Assembly (NCBI RefSeq): GCF_001194135.2
Contig: NC_068992.1
Coordinates: forward strand, 47,163,551-47,207,786
DNA length: 44,236 bases
Source of the DNA: Octopus bimaculoides
Lineage: Eukaryota
Direction of reading: 5' to 3'
The translations under genes and the position numbers were made by a program. Under the pieces are notes generated by a model. It had not been told where the DNA came from. It ran no database searches and saw nothing but the letters and a program-made list of their open reading frames with translations. Below are positions 36,865 to 44,236 of this stretch, piece after piece. Positions within the stretch are counted from its first letter, which is position 1. Each line of letters opens with the position of its first letter.

Positions 36865-37221
36865 ATGTATTGTATTACCACAGATATTGTTCTACCGGTA
36901 TATAGGCATGAATTTTTCAACGCTTATATGGCTGCCTATCATAATTTGTATCAAGAACCGTGTACATGAAATTTTATATATGCGAACATAGTAAGTTGCC
37001 GCGAGGGAATATGGTTCCTGTTATAATAATGACGCCTGTAATTCCTTCCCAAATATCAACAAGCTATGGAAGAGATTAGAATTTCTAATTTGCTTTGACA
37101 TGAAAAGGATGAACAAAATATTCTCCCAAGATGAGGCACTAACATCGTGTGTTGTGTATTTCAATAAGTCCATGAAACCATTTACGAATACGTAACACAA
37201 ACACATACGTGATTCTGTGCG

Positions 37222-37468
37222 TCTTTATCTTTTATCGTCTACTTGTTTCAGTCATTAGACTGCGGCTATGCTGGAGTAATTAATACCTTGAAGGATTTTA
37301 GCCGAATGAATCGACTGCAGGACTTACTTTTTATGCCTGGTATTTATTGTATTGATGTCTTCGGCTGAACCACTAAGTAACGGGGATGTAAATACACCAA
37401 CATCAGCTGTCAAACAATAGTGAGAGATAGAAACACGAAGACACATTCACATTGATATATACAAAGGT

Positions 37469-37501
<33 letters not shown>

Positions 37502-37547
37502 CACACAGACAGACACACACACATATATATACACACACAGACATATA

Positions 37548-37592
<45 letters not shown>

Positions 37593-37936
37593 NNNNNNNN
37601 NNNNNNNNNNNNNNNNNNNNNNNNNNNNNNNNNNNNNNNNNNNNNNNNNNNNNNNNNNNNNNNNNNNNNNNNNNNNNNNNNNNNNNNNNNNNNNNNNNNN
37701 NNNNNNNNNNNNNNNNNNNNNNNNNNNNNNNNNNNNNNNNNNNNNNNNNNNNNNNNNNNNNATATATATATATATATATATAACCGACTTCTTTCGGTTT
37801 CCGTCTACGAAATCCGCTTGCATAGTTTGCTCGGCCGATGGCTCTGGTAGAATACACTTGCACGAGGTGCTATACACTAAGACTGAATCCGCAGCCATTC
37901 GGTTGAGGTGCTAGCTTCTTACCAATCAACCGCGCC
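37222..37936 (-). mobile_element. SINE family B with an expanded internal microsatellite spanning a gap
   Basis: The 3' half (37222-37440) and the 5' half (37782-37936) both match family B. A CA/TA tract and an N gap lie between them. Confidence 0.85.
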
Positions 37937-37950
37937 TACATTTGCATATT

Positions 37951-38253
37951 TCTTTTATCTTTAAGTTATTTCAGTCACTGGGCTGCAACTATGCTGTGGC
38001 AACGGCTTCAAGGGTTTAATCGAGAAATATCCACCGCAGTATCTCTTTTTGAAGGTTGTTACTGATTTTCTTATTTTATCCATCTTTTTTCTCAAAACAA
38101 CTAAGATAGAAGAACTTAAGCAAAAGGGTTGCCAAGCGACTGGGACAAACAGAAACGCTAAGACATACATACCAAAACACACACACACATATATGGATAT
38201 ACGACAGGCTTCTACATATAATCTCTATCTATTACTTACAAGGCATTGGTTGT
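37951..38253 (-). mobile_element. SINE family B, degenerate, headless
   Basis: The plus strand reads TTTCAGTCACTGGGCTGCAACTATGCTG...TATACGACAGGCTTCT...ACTTACAAGGCATTGGT. Confidence 0.55.
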
Positions 38254-38365
38254 CAAACATATATGAAAATACATTGTGTGTGGAGTGGAGGTATAGATGG
38301 ACGCAGGATGTGAGTTAGCGAGCGATACATAACATGCATATTGGTATGTGTGTGTGTGTGTGTGT

Positions 38366-38415
<50 letters not shown>

Positions 38416-39383
38416 GCGATGTTTATGCAATAATATGTTTTCCGAAATCTGATTGCCTTATACTTCAAGTTTCTTCCCAACAAACTACTTGATTAAAATC
38501 ATAGAGGAAATAGCAAGTCCCAAACACAATGAACATCACAATAAACTTGACACGACCCTTTGCATAGAATCACATGATCATTAAAAGTTCCGTTTTCATT
38601 CTTTAACTAACTGTAAAAAAATAACACCCATACATACATGCTCATACATATATTCATAGATATATTTACTTGTATTCACACATATACATACGTGCGGATG
38701 TATGTACATGAATATATTGCGCTTAAACTAAAGTGGAGAGTGTTTTTGTAACCTTATTCTAGTACTAAAGTATAAATCATTCAAATAACATCAATCCACT
38801 TCTGCTTCGTCAAACTCGAAACCTATGTTGGAATATTATGAATAGTGCAGTGTTTCATACATACACATAGTGACACATAAATAGGCTTACATATACTGTC
38901 ATATGCAGAAATATATGTGCGTGCATGTCTTAGTACAAATTAATACTTGTGCGTACTTCCCTATGTGTAATTGTGCACGTATATACGTGTGTGCGTACAT
39001 ATGGTATAGCTTATTTTTTACATACAATAGCCACTTAAATGTATACTTTTGCTTACATAAACTTTTACCAATTTATGCATTTATACTTAGGCATAAATGT
39101 ATACTAATTCACAAGCACATACATACACATATTCGTTATGCAGGATAAGATTAACATAATTTGTATATCATTTTTAAAGGTGATAAGTCATTGAACGCCT
39201 AATTAACTGCTGTATTCGTCCAGACGTGCGCGTTTAATACTGACATTGCTAGTACTGTCGATTTTCGCCAGCTACTGACATATTTTTGTGCTTTTAACAC
39301 TGTACGTCTATAAGGAATTCTACATCAAGAAGGATAGTGCAGTTAATTACACTATCATTGATTGTACCTACTTTATGAATCAT

Positions 39384-39415
<32 letters not shown>

Positions 39416-39612
39416 GTGATGAAAACATTGAAATATTTTCATGGTTAAAAGAAAACACATCTGAATACAGGGTGTATCTTAACCAGCTGAAATAATGTTG
39501 CCCTTGGCCATATTCGGACACCGAACATAAAAAAAAAGACGGAACAAATGCCGATGTTGTAAAGATTTCGCCAATTTATTGCTCTTAGTTAACGATTCTG
39601 AGAATAGAGAGT

Positions 39613-39708
39613 TAGTCGATTCCATCAGGTCAATCCTTGACTGGTATTTAAATTTATCGACCCTGGAAGCATGAACAGTAAACCTGTCGTCAGCAGAATT
39701 TCGACTAC
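39613..39708 (-). mobile_element. SINE family A fragment, degenerate
   Basis: The plus strand reads GACTGGTATTTAAATTTATCGACCCTGGAAGCATGAA, which matches the central module. Confidence 0.5.
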
Positions 39709-42093
39709 AAGCACAAAGAGATGAGGAAATATGGATCTAATAATAGTGTGCTGATTCACCAATCGTCTTGTGTATTAGTTATAAGAATACATTCGTCACA
39801 TGAATCACGAAAATATATTTTGCGGCAAGTGAGTCAGAAAGGGGCTCAATAAATATGACAATAATATCATGCTTACTACGATAATATATTGAATTTGTAG
39901 AGTAAAAGAGAGTAAACTGAAAACAAATATTGGTTTAACATAATAAAATAAAATATATAGTGTCAGAAATGTTTAAAAGATTTATCGACATTCTTTGATT
40001 AATAAATAGTAAAATATTGATAGATTAGTTCAACGGTCAATTATAGAACTAGCACTATTTATGCACCAAGTCCAATATATAAGTGCAAATTATACACTTG
40101 AAAATCTGATCTACTGCAGATACAATAGATACGTATAGTTTTCAACTGTTCTCTTGGAAATCAGGTTGAGGTAATTATTAACATAATGATTCCCTATATT
40201 AATAGAAGCTTTGGAATGTCTGGAAAACATGGTTTGGCATTATTACTGACCCATGATAGCTTAAAGTAAAAGTTTAGAATTGATATACGATTCGTTAAAT
40301 TAAAAATTAATAGTATGTGAAACAGATTATCTAGGAATATAACTCAAATATCGCTATTTTGAAGAAGTGTCATAAGAGACCACGGTTCATAACTAATACA
40401 TTATATATTAGTGGAAGACCTCAATTTTGAAGGGAAGGTCCCTCTACCCATTTGCGTCTGACGGGTCACCTCTACAGCTGAGTGCTTGTAGTTGAGAAAC
40501 CAATGGTCACTCTCTGACAGGTCATAACTGACAACATTCCAAATATAATGCTGTTCTAATGTTTTAGATCTCCCTCTTTTTCGGATATATGTACTATAGA
40601 CGATGTATGTATATATATGTACACTGTGTGTGTCTATATGTATGAAATATATATACATATATATGTACTTATATATATATATATATNNNNNNNNNNNNNN
40701 NNNNNNNNNNNNNNNNNNNNNNNNNNNNNNNNNNNNNNNNNNNNNNNNNNNNNNNNNNNNNNNNNNNNNNNNNNNNNNNNNNNNNNNNNNNNNNNNNNNN
40801 NNNNNNNNNNNNNNNNNNNNNNNNNNNNNNNNNNNNNNNNNNNNNNNNNNNNNNNNNNNNNNNNNNNNNNNNNNNNNNNNNNNNNNNNNNNNNNNNNNNN
40901 NNNNNNNNNNNNNNNNNNNNNNNNNNNNNNNNNNNNNNNNNNNNNNNNNNNNNNNNNNNNNNNNNNNNNNNNNNNNNNNNNNNNNNNNNNNNNNNNNNNN
41001 NNNNNNNNNNNNNNNNNNNNNNNNNNNNNNNNNNNNNNNNNNNNNNNNNNNNNNNNNNNNNNNNNNNNNNNNNNNNNNNNNNNNNNNNNNNNNNNNNNNN
41101 NNNNNNNNNNNNNNNNNNNNNNNNNNNNNNNNNNNNNNNNNNNNNNNNNNNNNNNNNNNNNNNNNNNNNNNNNNNNNNNNNNNNNNNNNNNNNNTATATA
41201 TATATATATATATATATATATGTGCATATATATGTATATATATATATATATATGTCTGTCTATATGCATATCAATTTAGAATACTGGTTTCAAATTCTGA
41301 CTGCTCGCCACCTTTACAATTACACACACAATTACAAACACATAGGTATAAATGCAAGTCCATACAGACACACACGTACACATTCATAGAAATATATATA
41401 TATAATATATTCAGAGACATATGCATGTTTGTGTGTGTATGTATGTATGAATGGATGGATGTATATAATAAATATACATATATATATATATATATATATG
41501 TTAGCATATGTAGGATCACGTATACGTAATTTTACAGATGCTTTTTATTGAGCTTTCTTTGATTATATATATATGTGTGTGTGTGTGTGTCTGTGTGTGT
41601 GTATGTGTGTGTATGTGTGTGTGTGTGTGTGTGCATGTATTATATACTTCAACACAGCACTCTATATAAACGCTTACTTATCCATGCACATTTATGCATG
41701 TATCTTGACAACTTCAAACACACCCTCTATATAAACCAAAAACGCAACACACTCCTACGCACACTCACACACACAAACGCCCACAAGCAAATACAAGCAC
41801 ACACACACACACACGCGCTTACACACATGTTTGTTTTCCTGACTGTGTATGTCCACATTGAATTAAAACATGATTTCAGAAGTTGAAAAACGGTTCAAAC
41901 ATAGGATTCAACGATAATCTGCTATTCTTATGCATACATGCTCAGTGCACACACACAAGCAGACATGCATACATACACGCACACATACACACACACACAT
42001 ATATACATTCATATATATATGTATACATATATGTGTACATATGTATGTATACATATATGTGTACATATATGTATATATGGTTGTGTGTGTGTG

Positions 42094-42124
<31 letters not shown>

Positions 42125-42160
42125 ATATATACATACGTATACATGTATAAATATAAATAC

Positions 42161-42215
<55 letters not shown>

Positions 42216-42437
42216 AACACACACATATGTATATAACGTATATAAATATAGATATATTGCCAGGTTTAGAAACGTATGCCCGCATGCAATATAAATAAAT
42301 GTGTGTGTGTGTGTGTGCGTATTTTATATATATATACACACACACATATATATATACACACACCTATTTTCTCTACATCTTTAGATCTACATGCATTTCT
42401 AAATCTCTCTCTCTCTGTCTCTATCTCTCTCTCTCTT

Positions 42438-42477
<40 letters not shown>

Positions 42478-42503
42478 CTTATCTATCTATCTATATATGT
42501 ATA

Positions 42504-42890
42504 TTCTTTTATTTGTTTCAGTCATTTGATATCGGCCATGCTGGAGCACTGTATTTAGTCGAACAAATCTACGCCTAGTAGTTATTCTATCGGTCTTTTT
42601 TTCCGAACCGCTAGATTACGGGGAAGTAAGCACACCAACATCGGTTCTCAAGTGATGGTGAGGGAAGAAACACATATATACAAATGTACACCCTCCCACA
42701 AACACACATACACACACATATATATATACGACGGGCTTCTGTTAGTTTCCGTCTACCAAATCCACTCACAAGGCTTTGGTTGGTCTAGGCTATAGTTGAA
42801 GACACATCCTCAAGTTATCACGCACTGGGACTGAACCCGGAACAAAGAGGGTGGCAAGCAAACTACTTACCACACAGCCACACTTGTGCC
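42504..42890 (-). mobile_element. SINE family B, full length
   Basis: It is colinear with 32562-32956, for example TTTCCGTCTACCAAATCCACTCACAAGGCTTTGG and GGGACTGAACCCGGAAC. Confidence 0.9.
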
Positions 42891-43479
42891 TATGTATTTA
42901 CATATATTTATTTATTCATGTACGGATAGAGAGATTCATACATACATACATACATGTATTGGTGGTATTGGTGTGTACACATATTCGTCTTTATGCTAAT
43001 CGCCTCTCTGTTATATCATAGAACAATATTTTATAGAACGTTAAATGTTAAATACCTGCAGCTACCTCAAATATGTCACATAACATGGCATTTCTAACTT
43101 GAAGGATTAACTGCAAGAGAGAGGTGTCAGTCGCTCAGTAATATCCAATGTATATCATATAAGTATGGGGAATAATGAATACTTTCTCTTATCCCTTTTG
43201 TTTTGGTGCCATGTTTTCTGATACTATGACTGTTATATAGTCCAAAATGGTTGTTACACTTTCCAGGTTACCAAAACATCACAGTAATAGCTATAACATT
43301 TATAAATTTGTATAAATTTGGAAACACACACACACATGAATACCTGTATGCTTATGAAACATATGAAATTATGAATCTTTTAAATATGACTGTGTATGCG
43401 TGTATATATACATACATACATACATACATAAATACATACATACATACATAAATAGATATATAGTACTATCTATAAAATT

Positions 43480-43582
<103 letters not shown>

Positions 43583-43761
43583 GTATGTATAATTTAAATA
43601 TATATGTATGTGTATATATATACATATATATACATATATATTCCACTATGTATATAAAAGTTATATTGATATTAATATATATCTACATACATGTATAACA
43701 TTAAGTAGATAGTGATAGATAGAAATGCATAACTATATATGTACTCTATACAGGTGTGTGT

Positions 43762-43873
<112 letters not shown>

Positions 43874-44236
43874 ATGTCTGTTAGTGTATTGTGCGTAGCT
43901 TAGTGTATTATTTGCCTGTGTACATTTCATTCTGGTGAACACAATTGGAAACATTTATTTAACTGAATACCACCCTATGGCCCGCTCATAAATTCAAGAA
44001 TTATAATTTCTAAGCGGAGAAACAAAAGATAAAAATAATGTGACTCAACCTGTGTCTCAATGGAGTATTCTCAGTTAATGTGAAGAATATTTCGTCACAT
44101 CATTTTTATCAAAAGTTATTTCTCAGTCTTTCGAAGTACCTACTTTATACGTGTATGTGTTTCTATGTGTCCGTGTCCATGTGTGTGTGAGTGTGTCTAT
44201 GTGTATGTATAAATAAATATATATATATATATATAT

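Noticed and set aside
39464-39480. TACAGGGTGT, resembling a Tc1/mariner TIR start
   Set aside because: I found no matching inverted end or transposase.

Overview
This is AT-rich, repeat-dense eukaryotic DNA with six assembly gaps. Its SINE content suggests an octopus; that attribution is from memory, not a database search. Almost all ORFs in the supplied track are translations of microsatellites or N gaps, and I recognise no named host gene. Supported features are three tRNA-derived SINE families (labelled A, B and C here, about 20 copies, two with clear target-site duplications), a 5'-truncated L1/Tx1-type LINE with a decayed CCHC knuckle and poly-A tail, a probable mariner 5' end, a CRE plus YY1 promoter-like site near 11.8-11.95 kb, and a tentative minus-strand exon cluster at 35.3-36.4 kb. 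The most interesting object is a 363-bp inverted-repeat element at 34557-34919. Each 133-bp arm carries an outward-facing minimal type I hammerhead ribozyme. The two copies have different lesions, but their consensus is a complete motif. The element lies between the predicted stop codon and the first AATAAA of the tentative minus-strand gene. Three more decayed hammerhead-like motifs occur at about 1.9, 6.6 and 9.0 kb.
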